From NCBI GenBank assembly GCA_964016885.1, contig OZ024741.1:137640001-137704000 (forward strand): a DNA stretch of 64,000 nt. The letters run 5' to 3'. The stretch is from Eledone cirrhosa (lineage: Eukaryota). The stretch's first letter is position 1; each line of letters starts with the position of its first letter. Made by a program: the position numbers and the translations under genes. A model generated the notes under the pieces. That model did not search any database. It was not told where the DNA came from and was given only the letters and a program-made list of their open reading frames with translations. Shown here piece by piece: positions 27,346-40,163 of this stretch.

Positions 27346-28678
27346 GTCTAACATCCTTACGCCTCTATTAGATATAATACACAGAGCTAAAAGTCAATTC
27401 ACGTGTCAAATGTTCAGGTGATCAAACCACAGAATACATCGTCCAAACTGACGGTGGGTCCATCATTCGAACTTTTCTTTATAAAACAGTATATCTGAAA
27501 TCACTTGTATATTTGGACTTATGGTCACGGAGGTACATACTACACTCACATGGTTAATGACAGAATGACTCAAACATTTTCTTACCAGAATTCCAATGAA
27601 AGACTCATTATTTAAAAATAATTTTGGAAGTAATTGAGATTAAAATAACTTTCTCATTTATTTGGTGTTTAGTAGTTAACGCAACAAAGAATTTTACATG
27701 AAATTGTGATATATGGGTTTTATATAAAAATAAACATTTAAAAATATAGTTCTGTATCATAGAACCATAGGTTGTTTCAGGCTATTTGTTATCGATGGAG
27801 TTTAATATATATAACTTAAAAGACAAATATATATTGATATATTAAGATGGTGTTTGGGACACAAAAAAGGTTCTTACATAAAATTCTTCTGGAAGGCTTT
27901 TAGATAAATACACAAATCTTAACTTATACAAATTTCTATAATAGAACCAAAGGCGGTTTGATATAAAAAAAAAGTGTTAAAATGGTGTTTTGTATACAAC
28001 TAAACAAAAGAAAAAAAAATGTTTTATTAAGATGGTGTTTGGAAGAAAACATAACAAATGTTCGTACATAAAATTATGATGGAAGTTTTTAAATAAACAA
28101 ACAGTTTCAAATATACAGTTCTGTATCATATAAAATGAAGGGGAGTTTAAGGAAGTTCGGCCTCAAAAGGGTTAAAGTAGAATTCACAAAGGTTGAAGGT
28201 TGAAGGCAAGCATCGTAGATTGTAAATCTTGATTAGTTACTAGCTAGCATACAAAACAGGATGTGTCAGCTGGTATGTGATGTTAGGGTCAAAGACCAAC
28301 GAAAGAAACTTGAGAGATGGTCAAACTTGCCAATTGCTATTGGCATCATAAAGAATATGTTTGTCAGTTTCAGAGTTTCTTTTTATGTAAAAAAAAAAGA
28401 TATCGGGAAATTTTGTGACAGGAATCAAAATCAAGCCATTTATAATAGCAATCAATTCATCTATATGTATGTGTGTATGTGTGTGTATGTGTGTGTCTGT
28501 GTGTCTCTGTACGTGTGTGTCTCTGTGTGTTTGATGTGTGTTTGTGCATGTGCCAGCGTGACTGTGTGTGTGTGTGTGACACAAGATGTAGGTGAATAAA
28601 TGTGTATTAAAGAAACTGACAAGATGACAGTATAGATTTCTAGCTGAAGTTAATGTTACTTCACTTATGCTTGTAATC

Positions 28679-28721
<43 letters not shown>

Positions 28722-28966
28722 CTTTCCTTATTAACCACAATGGTTTACATAAAGTAGACATTAAGGACAGTACAGGACAATACAGGATGGTACAAATGGG
28801 CATTTCTGCGTGTAAAAAAAACAGAGGATGTATAAAAAGATAACAATGAAAAATTCCCCAATAGGGGGGAGACTTCCGAGAGACATTTGTGGAGAAAGCC
28901 CATTAAAAGGCCACCATGAACCTGACCACCAGGGCAAGTGCCCTCTCCCAGTTTTCCACCTTTAAT

Positions 28967-29482
28967 TTACAGACACATACTCAGAGTAGGCCCATTCACA
29001 CAGGCCATACTTGCTTCTCTCACCCATCTTTCAACAAAATGCTGGGAAGAGAGCACTTCCCTCTCTACCCTGATTTTCCTTTTCAAATGAAATTTGAAAA
29101 AGTTAATCAGGGCATCACCGAAGAGGTAAGTGCTCGTCTTCAGCCCTTTCAAACGTGTCCACCATACTATCTCTTTCGCCATGGCCACCAGACAGATAAA
29201 AAGTGCCTGCCCTTCCCGGCTAAAGGAAGAGGGCGGGGCAATCCTCACGATGGACTCAGCTGATAGCTGGATCCGTCCTACACGTGACAGCAGGTGTTCG
29301 ACATAAACCCACAAGTCAGCAATGCTCGGACACTGGACGAGTACGTGCAGGACGGTTTCGTCGCCCTGCGTGCATCTCGGACATGCCCGGCTGACGGCAC
29401 CTCCATGCCTGTAGAGTTTATCCCGAACTGGCAAAGCTCCCCGGTAGCACTGCCAGGCCAGGTATTTCTGGAAGTTGTCCAT
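28967..29482 (-). pseudogene. LINE ORF2 C-terminal zinc-binding (zf-RVT-like) region
   Basis: LAWQCYRGALPVRDKL...CPRCTQGDETVLHVLVQC. Confidence 0.85.
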
Positions 29483-30341
29483 AGGCCCTGGCCCGAAAGT
29501 CCTTGCGAAGAGATTGGCTAGTTGATTTTCGTCGACCTATAGAGTTTCTCCAAGTACGTCGTCGCTCTTCCCCTCCACTAATCGTCTATAGAACGCCAAG
29601 GTGGAGTTTCCACCGATCACATTGCTCGATTGGTCGAGGGTTGTGAGCGCCTGAAGACATTCCAGTCTCCAAGCGCTCCCTCTCGGTCTTCGCTTGACCC
29701 AGGTCTGCAGCTCCGTCAAGGAGACGAGCTGGGGAAAGACGTGTCAAGCAAACGGCGACTACACCTGATGACCGTCGAGGAAGAGGTGGAGATGTCGTAG
29801 CCTGAGCGCGTGTCTGCGCATCATCAGCCACGTCATGCCCAGCCCTCAACAAAGCGGGTGTTGACAGCAGATGGACCTCCTGACCATCGGAGCGCGTCCC
29901 TTCCACAAAAAGCGAAAGAGCAAACGCTCCAGCGCAGTCAGGCGGGGCTTGGGGACAAGGTACGACGGTCAGGCGGTAGTAGATGACGGACGCGATGTAC
30001 GCGTTAGCCACTTCCGCTCGACCTTTCAGGGATAGCTTCCTCTCCGCCCATTTCTGGGTGAGAGAAGCCACCCTGCTGGTCACCTCGTCCCAGTTTTTGT
30101 CCGCCTGGAGGTCCGGACCGAACCAGACCCCTACCAATAAAACCAGTCCGTCCGTCCAGCGCCCGACGACGCTGTTGGACGGCATGGACCTGCCTCTCCA
30201 GGTGCCGAGCTGCAGGCCCACTGACTTTTCCTGTCACCGCTTCGTATTCTCTAAGTGTAGTGCCGATCGCCTCGATATCTTTGGCGTTCGACACCACTAC
30301 GGTGACATCGTCCGCATATGCTAACACGGATCTTCCGCATC

Positions 30342-31682
30342 CTAGTTCGCGCGGCACCCCCTCAACGTCTCCAGTTTGTGCAGTAATGACTCGAGAGTCA
30401 ATACGTACAAGAGGGACGAGAGGGGACATCCTTGGCGGACCGAGCGCATGATGTTGAACAGTTCCGAAAGGGGACAGCTCACTCTCACCACAGAACAGAT
30501 GTCGCTGTGCATGGCAGCGATCCAGCCTCTGAAGACGGGCCCAAAGCCAGCCGCCCTCAGGACTGCCACTAGGTAACGATGGTTGACACTATCGAAAGCT
30601 TTCGACTGATCTAAATTGATCAAGGACCCACCCGTGCCAGGTTCCCTAGCTACCCTCTCTACGATGAATCGCATGAGGTAGAGGTTGTCGTGGATGGATC
30701 TGTCGGGAATGGCGCATGTCTGCGCCTCTTCCACCAGACCACCAACGACAAGCGCCAACCTCTTTGCTAGCACCTTGGCCAAAATCTTGAACTCTGTGTT
30801 TAGCAGAGTTACGGGCCTGACATTATCTATGTTATCCCCATTGTTCGGATCCTTTCTCAGCAGCGCCACAGCTCCTCGGCTCACAGAGCTGGGAATTCTC
30901 CCGTTCTGTTGCCAGTTACAGTAGACGTCCGCCAAGAGGCCTCCGAACAAGTCTGGCATCTGTACGTAAAGTTCATAGGGCAGACCATCCAAACCAGGCG
31001 ATTTACCCCTTGTGCAGCCAGTCATTGCCTCCCGTACTTCAGTGGCTGTTATCGGCTTTTCGCAACACTCCGCCTCAGTTGCCGAGAGCCGCGGCAGTCC
31101 GTCGAGGTGGACACTACAGTCCATCCCTCGATCCGGCCCGCCGCTGCCCCCGAACACCTGTGCGAATTGTTGCTGAAAAGCTTCACACATTTGCCCGGGA
31201 TCTAGTAGCATGCGCCCGTCCTGGTCCACCAAAGACCAGATCGTGGATTCGTTGCCACGACACGCCTCCGCCACTCGGGCCCATTGAACGGCTTTCGTCT
31301 CCTCGTGTCTGAGAGCACGCACCCTAGCTCTGACAACGCAACCTTCGTGCTTTGCATTGAAGAATTGGTCAAGGGCCAATTTCGCCGCAAGTACGTCGGT
31401 CGAGATGCCTTTGCTAAGCGCCTCGTCTAATTTTCTAACTAATTCTCCCTCTGCTCTATTTTTCTCTATTGCTAAAGCCTTACTAAACCTAATGGACTCT
31501 ATTCTAATTGCTCTTTTCAGAGCAAACCACCACTTGTTGTTGACGATTGCCCCCATCAACGCCCGCTTAACTAGTTCGTTAATCCGGTCTCTGTAGGCCT
31601 TGCGCGCTGGTAAGGACGCGTTTAGCTTCCAGTAGCCGGGTCCTCGTCTATGAAGCCTATCTAAGTCAAGCACACAGATCAC
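30342..31682 (-). pseudogene. LINE ORF2 reverse transcriptase remnant
   Basis: GPGYWKLN, KSPGLDGLPYE, RPVTLLNTEFKILAK, LDQSKAFDSV and VRQGCPLS. YADD lies in the frameshifted ORF 30004-30429. Confidence 0.92.
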
Positions 31683-31697
31683 GAATTTGTGGTCCGT

Positions 31698-32369
31698 CTA
31701 GCTGACTATCTTGAATTGTGGACAGCCTATGCTAGACCTATGTATTTCCCTACAAAATACTCTATCTAGATATGATCTGGATGACCCTATGCGATTTGTC
31801 CAAGTCCACATTGGCACATTCGGGAAATCCAATCGGTACCTGTCAGACAGTTCAAAACGCCTGAGCAGGCTGGTGAGGCTCTTGCACCTTCGTTCCCTAT
31901 CCGCTAATCCCACACAATCCCAGCGTGCATCTAAGATCCCGTTCCAGTCGCCCACTAACACTAAAGAGCGGGACGTTCCAAGAAAGGTCTCCAGACGCCG
32001 GAAGAAATCAGGCCGCCCTGCTCCTGTCGGGTCATAGACGGCAACTAGCCTGAAAGCTTGCCCGTCTCCGCTGGTCACGTCCAGCACCACCAACTTACCC
32101 TCTGGGTCCAGGAAGATGGCCCGTATGGCGAGATCCAAACCTCTCCGAAAAAGCACAACAACTCCTCCCCCCGATCCAGGACAGCTGGGAGATGCGTACA
32201 CATCGTAGCCGCCGAAGATCGGTGCGAAGGCCCGTGCTTCGGAGATTCTGGTCTCGCTGATGGCCACTACATCTATGTTTAGTGACCTGAGGTCGTTGAG
32301 CAAGTGGCCCTGCTTCCATGACGACCCCAAGCCACGCGCATTTATGCTGCCTATTCTGAGTGAGGTCAT
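31698..32369 (-). pseudogene. LINE ORF2 apurinic-like endonuclease domain
   Basis: SINARGL, VAISET, LVGDWN and YLDRVF motifs. A premature stop separates it from the RT. Confidence 0.92.
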
Positions 32370-33890
32370 GTTGAAATGGAGTGGAAAAGATGGGAAAGAC
32401 CACTTACCTTACTTCTCGTAGAGGAAGGAAGGTTTCTCCATCCTTTTCACTGCTTCTGGCCTCCCCAGGAAGGATGTCCTTATAAATCCTCCTGCAGAGT
32501 GCTTGTCGGAAGTCTCCGATGTCTTTGGGGAATTTTTGTTTTAGTGTCGTGTACGTTTTCTGTGTGATGCGAGTGATTTGTATGTGTGGAGGTGGTGTGA
32601 ACTTTTGGGTTGTTGTGTAGTCTTTTTCTGTGATGCTGGTGTAGTGTAATAATTGGTTGTTCAAATTTATTGCTGTGTAGTGTGTATCGTTTTGGTTGTT
32701 TTGTTTTGTTTGCGTTTGTTGTGGGTTTGTTTCTGTTTCGCTTTTTGGTGACTTTTGTGGTGTTGGTGATGGTGGTGTTGGGGTTAATGATGGTGATGGT
32801 GTTGGTGTTTGTGGTGATGGGGTTGGTGATGCTGGTGTGGATGGTGGCATAGCGGTCCTAACTTCTTTATTTGATAGTTTATTTTTTTCCCTCTGTAGTT
32901 TGTTTTTGGAGGGGGACGGAAGGAGATTTTTTCCTTTTGGGTTTCTTTTTCTTTTTTCTTTTTTTCTGATACCGTTTCCCACTCCTCGTCGTCACAATCT
33001 GTCTCCAGTTGCGATAGGTGGAACATCCTTCTCAGGCGTTGGTTTTGGTTGTGGCGTGGTGGATGGTGTAGGCGCTGGTGCTAGTTCTGGCGCGTTGGGT
33101 GGTGGTGGTGTTGGTTTTGCTACTGTTGCTGGGGTTGTTGCTGTTACAGTTGCTTCTGTTGTTGCTGCTACAGTTGTTGCTGCCATTTCTGCTGCTGGTG
33201 GTGTTGATGGTTGAGTCTGTACCCACCTTTTTTTACCATTCTCTTGGCTTCATCTAATTCCCCCTGAATTACCTGGATTGCTGCGCACTTTTTTGCTACT
33301 CTGGCAAAAGACAATTGCTGCTGTTGTTATCGCTATTTTTGTTATTGTTATTTTTAGTTTCAGTTGTGGTGGTGGTGGCGTCAGTGGTGATCGGTGTGGA
33401 AGAGTCCATTCTGGGTGAATCCATTTCGATGTCACGAGATAATTTGTTTTTTTATTTTTATTTTGTTTCTGTGTCGCTGTGGTGGTGGCGGGGGTGGCAG
33501 CTTCAACACATGTAGTCATTGGTAATGGCGGGAAATGAATGTCTGCATGAGACAAATTTAAATTATTGCTACTGCTTATATTTTTAGTGTTGGCAAACGT
33601 AGTAATATTTACAATGGTGGTGTCGGTGTGAGGTGTTAGTTTGTGAGGAAGGTGTGACTGTGAATCGTCCATGATTTTTTCAAAGAAATCTTTTTTTGTT
33701 TGATAATTATAAAAGTTTAAATTTTGGGCTCAAGGCCCCAATCGTTTTGAGTGTCCTTTTCAGAAAGCAAATTTTGTGACCTTATAAATAGTTAACAAAA
33801 AAACATTTTCCATCAATGGAAATTTTAAACAAACGAAAACAACAAACTTTTGCGGAGCTCACGCTGATACGATTTCCTACGTAGGTCGCC

Positions 33891-33955
<65 letters not shown>

Positions 33956-33956
<1 letters not shown>

Positions 33957-34134
33957 TGTTTCTACTGGCACAAGGCCATCAATTACCCAGTACATTGCTG
34001 GTACTTTATTTTATCGACCCCGTAAAGATGAAAGGCAAAGTTAACACGGGCGGGATTTGAACTCAGACCGCAAAGGGACGTAACTATGCTGGAAAGCATG
34101 TCGTCTGACCCTCTACCGATACTGCCAATCCACA
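33956..34134 (-). mobile_element. tRNA-derived SINE (family B)
   Basis: Reverse complement: GTGGATTGGCAGTATCGGTAGAGG...GAGTTCAAATCCC...GTCGATAAAATAAAGTACCAG. Close to 37853-38040. Confidence 0.8.
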
Positions 34135-34142
34135 ATAATAAT

Positions 34143-35348
34143 GGTTTCTTTATTGGCCACAAGAGATAAGACAAAGAAAATCATTACAGATGGCACAGGA
34201 CGACGATACAAAATGGATTTTGGCCGTGTAAAAAGGTTACAAAGGTCAGAAAAGTGTAAAATAAATAAAATTCAAATAACAAAAATTCCCCAATAAGGGG
34301 GAAGCTTCCGAGGGTCACTCATGGCGAAAACCACACAAAAGACGACGACCACCCTGACCACCAGGGCAAGGGCCCTCTCTCAGTTTTCCCACTCCTCAGT
34401 CTACAGGCGCATACTCAGATTCGCCACTTTCACCCACCTTTCAACAAACTTACTAGAAGACAGCACATGCCTTTCCACCCTGATTTTCCTCTTCAAGTGA
34501 AACTTGAAAAAGTTAATCAGGGATTGGCCGAAGAGGAAAGTGCCCATTTTCAACCCTTTCAACTTCGTCCACCACACAATCTCTTTTGTCATGGCCACCA
34601 GGCAGATGAAGATTGCTTATCCTTCCTCCTCTTTAAAGGCGGATGGCAGGGCTATCTGCACGATGGACTCAGTCGATAACCGGATCCGTCCTACACGTGA
34701 TAGCAACTGTTCGACATAGCTCCACAAGTCAGCAATTCTTGGGCACTGAACGAGTGCGTGCAGGACGGTTTTGTCGTCCTGCGCGCACCCCGGACAGGCT
34801 CGGCTGACGACACCTCCGAGTCTGTAGAGCTTATCCCTAACCGGCAACGCTCCCCGGTAGCACTGCCAGGCCAGGGACTTCTGGTAATTGTCCATAGGTC
34901 CCGGGCTGAATGTTCTCTTGAAGAGAGCAAACAGTTGATCGTCTTCGACGCCCAGGGTTTCCCTGAGAGCGTCGTCGCTCTTTCCCTCCACAAGCCCTCT
35001 ATAGAACGCCAATGTGGATGTTCCACCGATATCAGTGCCCAGCTGGTAGAGGGCGGTGAGCGTCTGGAGACATTCCAGCTTCCAAGCGCTATCCCTCGGT
35101 CTTTTTCTGATCCAGGACTGCAGCTCCGTCAAGGAGACGAGCTGAGGAAAAGCGTGTCTGCCAAACGGCGACCACACCTGTTCATCGTCAAGGAAGCACC
35201 AGAGATGCCGCAGCCTCAGCGCATGTTTTCGCATCATTAGCCACGGCATGCCCAGTCTTCCATGCAACGGGTGCTGACAGCAAATGGATCGTTTGACCAT
35301 GGGAACACGTCCCTTCCACAAAAAGCGGAAGAGAAGGCGCTCCATTTT
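34143..35348 (-). mobile_element. 5'-truncated second copy of the same L1/Tx1 family
   Basis: ORFs 34617-35345 and 34401-34598 match the C-terminus of the 28721-33890 element, and the 3' UTR is similar. Confidence 0.9.
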
Positions 35349-35354
35349 GGTCAG

Positions 35355-35605
35355 AGAAGCTCGTGGTCCAGAGGTTAGGGTTTCTGCTCAGGACCCTAAG
35401 GTCTTGAGTTTGATTCCTATCAGGACACTCTGCTCCACATTGCTCCAGGCTAGTTTTCTGGCAAAAGTGAATTAAATTTGTAATTAAAAGGGCCTGCTTT
35501 GTCACACAATGTCATACTGAGTTTCAGCTATTTGCAAGTTAATTTTGTGAACAGGCCGTTCTATTGTTCAATTAACACGTCGTCGAAACTGGCGGATATC
35601 CATCA
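35355..35605 (+). mobile_element. tRNA-derived SINE (family A)
   Basis: GTGGTCCAGAGGTTAGGG...GAGTTTGATTCC...TTGCTCCAG. Confidence 0.6.
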
Positions 35606-37852
35606 ATAATTAAAAACAATTGAATGAGTAAAAAAAAAAATACATGAACGTTATAGTCCAAGTTATCCTTCAATAATCAAGTCTCTATGAGTAATTGATG
35701 TGAGAAACGTTTGAAGTCAACTTTGCCTTTCCATCGTCGCCGGTGGATAAAATAAAGTAAATGTCCAGTAATAAGTGTAGTTCTCTCTTTTTTTCTTGGG
35801 TTGTACCTGTAATTTCAAAATGTCCATTTTGTAACATATGTTAAAGTCATTTGGCTTGAGAAATACATTAATGGCCCACATGTTTCTACGAAATACTCAG
35901 CTGCATCCTTCTTAATTTAACAATTTAGGAATTCAGATGATCAAACTATTTAAAGTGAAAACAATTTCTATCGTCATCGTATCAATACCATCTCTTATCT
36001 AATTAGATTGACATTGTTCAATAAATATAAACCTTTCCAAATGATTTATACGGTTTTCATTCTCATAAATGCTGCTATCTACTTGACTAAGATTACTAGT
36101 ATCATTCCAGTAAGATTGACCAGTTTAAAAAGGGCACGAGTATACTTGATATATTTCTAAAGTTGAACCATTTAATTGATACATCTTAAATTAACCACTG
36201 TGTTATTGATCACCTTTGCAAAGTAATTCGCAATTTCTTGGTCTGATGCGAGGATCGTTAATTAAGAGTTGTGATTTTTGTGTGATTGATTGTAAGGTGA
36301 AATCTTTCTCATTTTATATAAAGTGTTTTGTTATGACCTCCATATTTAATTCACCGATACACTTCATAGATATCACTCTGTGTATAAATCCTTCCAAATA
36401 TTTGACACAAAGAAAATGAATTTATCAAAATTTTAACTATCAATCAGATTTTTCTTAAAGTTAATTATTTTATGATTCTCTCAGTGTAGACAATATAACA
36501 ATTGATCTGGATACCTTTTGTTTCACATTTCCTATGTTTCAACCAGTAATATTTTATAGGTGACAGGATGAAATGAATGTCAAGCAATGGGTCACTGTTC
36601 ACCGAGTGACAAAATGAAGTATAACGCCCAGAAATTGGTCGTCTTTTGAAGAATGTTCCTTCATCTGGAGGTCACCAGTTCAATTCTTTACCGCAGCTAA
36701 TTATACTGCTCGAAATTTGGAAACTTTACGGTGTAATGTCAGGAAGTAAAATACACAAATATTCAGCAATAGATCATTGATTAATGTTACAAAGGAATCA
36801 TTAATCACATAAGACGCTGTCATAACTACAAAATGAATCTGTTATGTTCCAGCAGCTCTAAAGTCAGTTTTATTATTATGTCCTTTGTTTTTGCTTGAGT
36901 TAATAAACTAAAATTTAATAAACTAAAAATCTTCAATACTTTGAACAGTCAGTTATAGATATGTTTATGATGCCATGAAAGTAGATGCTTTAGTAATTAC
37001 GCTGTTCGATTCACAATCGCATCATCATGATTTCGATTCTAGATGATGTGATGTGTCATTGAACATCATACTCCATTTCACATTGCTCCAGCAAGTCTAC
37101 TTAATTGGAAGGAGAACATAATTTATATCTGAAATATAAGAGGCTAACCTCCTCAAAGTCTACATCACGTTGAATCTCCATGAGAACTATGTTAAGGGAC
37201 CACTTGTCTGTTGAGTGCTTAGCACCTTCGTTAAACTCACAAACAAATTGCTTCGTTGTACGAACCAATGGAAAATGCGTTACCGCAATTGAAATTGACG
37301 GAGGTCCAACAACAACATCATAGAAGTTCCAACCATGCACACTTCATATACAGATAAGAGATAGATTATGATATATTCATATTAAAGTTTTCTGCTGTAT
37401 AAATATAAAAACGTACTATAAGAATACTTGCATTAAGAGAAGTAGGAAACTTTAAAGACAGGGATTATGATCGAATGGTACTGTCCTTTCACATAAAAAC
37501 GAGCGAACGCATACACACACTGGTGCACGCGCACACACACATACGCACACATAATAATACATACGTATGATTTTCTTCTAATCAGTTTCCACCATATGTC
37601 AAACAAATCCTTCACTTGAAGTGGGTTGACAAAGGTACCATGAAATATAATTTAGTCCGATGTCAGATGGTTGAGATAAAACACTTTAACTGCACCATTG
37701 AATACGCGTCTATTTGCAAAGCTAGTTGTCAGAAATAGGTACCAAAACCTCTGAATACATTCAGGTGTTTGCATGCATGGACCCTTAACTCTTTATGGAT
37801 TCATAACGACACTGTCTAGGTAACAGCTGATTTCTTCCAGAAAAGGAGATAA

Positions 37853-38040
37853 TTGTTTCTACTTTTGGCACAAGGCCCGCAATTACCAAGTACATTACTG
37901 GTACTTTATTTTATCGACCCCGTAAGGATGAAAGGCAAAGTTAACTTCGGCGGGATTTGAACTCAGACCATAAAGGGCCGTAACTCTTTGCTGCAAAGCA
38001 TGGCGTCAGACCCTCTACCGATACTGCCAATCCACCACCG
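37853..38040 (-). mobile_element. tRNA-derived SINE (family B)
   Basis: Near-copy of 33956-34134. Confidence 0.8.
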
Positions 38041-39369
38041 AAAAGGAGATAATGATGGTGAAAGTTAAATAATCGATGAAACAACTGGAATAGTACCATA
38101 CCTGTCGACCTAGAAATGATGATAGCAAAGTTAACCTTGATGGGATTTGATCTCCGGTTACAGAGTGAGACGAAACGAATATCTCCTGCTGTTTTCCTCC
38201 AACCACATAACACAAACAAATTGTAGTTAGGCACAAAAGGTATTGTCTCGTGATGTACATAAAATATACGATCCATTTCATATATTGGATGTAAACTGAA
38301 TTATCTATAATTCTTACGAATTCGTACGTTCCTTTTTGTACCCATTGACGATAAATTTGATAACTTACATGCATGTATTCCGAAGTGCTCGTTATAAATC
38401 CATCAAGATTTTTTCATGTTTGTCTTCATCATGTTTATGTCTAGTTTTAATGGAACAGAACAATCCATATGACAGCTGCCATACAAACCATAATATCCAT
38501 TTAACTTTTACAAAACCAAACGTATTTAACGATCGAAAAACGAACAGTTTATTTGACAAATGTAAAAATGTTTTATTCGTTGCATAAAGAATCCATCGAA
38601 GAACTCCTCCTTCAATGGAGTTGTTGCATGCAACAGTGATAACATCATTTAATTGAACATTCATTTTATATAAAATTAAAAATAAATAAATGTGAATAGA
38701 TTCAATTTTCAATTCAATAATGAATGTTTATTTGACATAACTAAAGGAAAATAACATTAAGTGAAGTGCAAACATTTCTTCAGTATAAAAAAATGCTTTA
38801 ATTTACCAATTGAAATTCAAAACAAGTTTCTAAGTCTGAAAAGAAAATACTACTTTGGTATGTGAAACATAAATGTAGGGGACATTGTTGTGACACTATT
38901 TACTCATATTTAAAGAAACACAAATAAGCCTTTTTGCGCAAAGTAATATGACTTTACTGACCACTGTCGTCTGCGTGAGACAACACCATTTTACCATGTC
39001 ATGAAATTGCATCTTAAGTTATATACGATTATTCATTGATAGAGGTGTAACATATGTAAATTTATATTTCTTATCTATTTATTAATTTCATTAATATAAA
39101 CGTCCGTATAGAGATAGTAAGCCAAGTCAGATGAGGAGAAGTAGAAGCTAGTACTTTTTACAGTCGAGAAACAAAACAAAGAACAAAACAAGATCGACAC
39201 AAGTAAGTGAATATAAAAATAAAAAATCGATATAAATAAAATGAATCAAAACATATATATGTGAGTTAAATAACGTAAACAGTGAGACTGTATTAAAATA
39301 TTTCGAGTTTATTAATAGGAAAATATGAGAAATGTTTGATAGAAATAGAGTAATGCAACATTGAAGCCA

Positions 39370-39600
39370 TATCTGTTGTTCTTGAGTCATCTCTCCATCG
39401 AAGGTGAAGCATGCACAAAATCCTTGTTCCAAACTTCCCGATTTCTCATTACGGAAAGAAGATCCCGTCCATTGAGGCCAGTTTCCTTCGTCAACAGAGT
39501 CCTGGTGGTTATATTTGGACATCCTACTCGGCGCTTTGCATTTACTGACCAGAAAAGCAGTTTCCCTGTAGGTTCAACATGACCAATAGTCAAGATACCG
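39370..39600 (-). mobile_element. RTE-like LINE 3' fragment
   Basis: GHVEPTGKLLFW...KRRVGCPNIT...LLSVMRNREVW, typical of an RTE C-terminus. Confidence 0.6.
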
Positions 39601-40120
39601 GATCGAACTTTTGATGAAGCCCTTGGTAGATCACTATAAACATTTTGTTCGTATTGTGAATTTACCACGAAATGTTGAACACCATAATTAAAAACTGAAA
39701 CCACATTTAATGCAGCAGAAAATGCCAAACATTTTTCCGTACATCTTTTACCGTTTTAGTCAGGGAGGGAAACATGACCATTTTCGAATCCTCAAAATGG
39801 TCGTAAGATAGGAAGAAGCTGTCGAATTCTCATAACAGATTGGACCTTACTAAAGGAACCCAAAGGTGAGGGAGTTCAAATATGTATGAACTAACTGACC
39901 CTTGGATCTACCTGTAGATTATGTAAATATTAGTATAGGTTTCTCCTGAAATTACGTCACGCAGTCTCATTATCTTTCCATTAAGAACGTTTAATTTGGT
40001 GTCTAGATAAGAAATATATACCAGTATCCTTTTCCGTACAACTTCATTCAGACAGATCTGAAGATCCGCATAAAGGGAAACATTTGTTCTCGGTATGGTA
40101 AACTAACTGTTGTGGAACTA

Positions 40121-40160
<40 letters not shown>

Positions 40161-40163
<3 letters not shown>

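Larger units (their letters stand above)
28721..33890 (-). mobile_element. Near full-length, decayed L1/Tx1-type LINE inserted in (TAA)n
   Basis: ORF1-like low-complexity region 32404-33672, then APE endonuclease, RT and C-terminal CCHC region. (TAA)n at 28680-28720 and 33891-33955. Confidence 0.92.

Noticed and set aside
27560-28176. piggyBac-like MITE (ends AGGGTTAA, internal ATTAAGATGGTGTTTGG repeats)
   Set aside because: The matching left terminus was not found.
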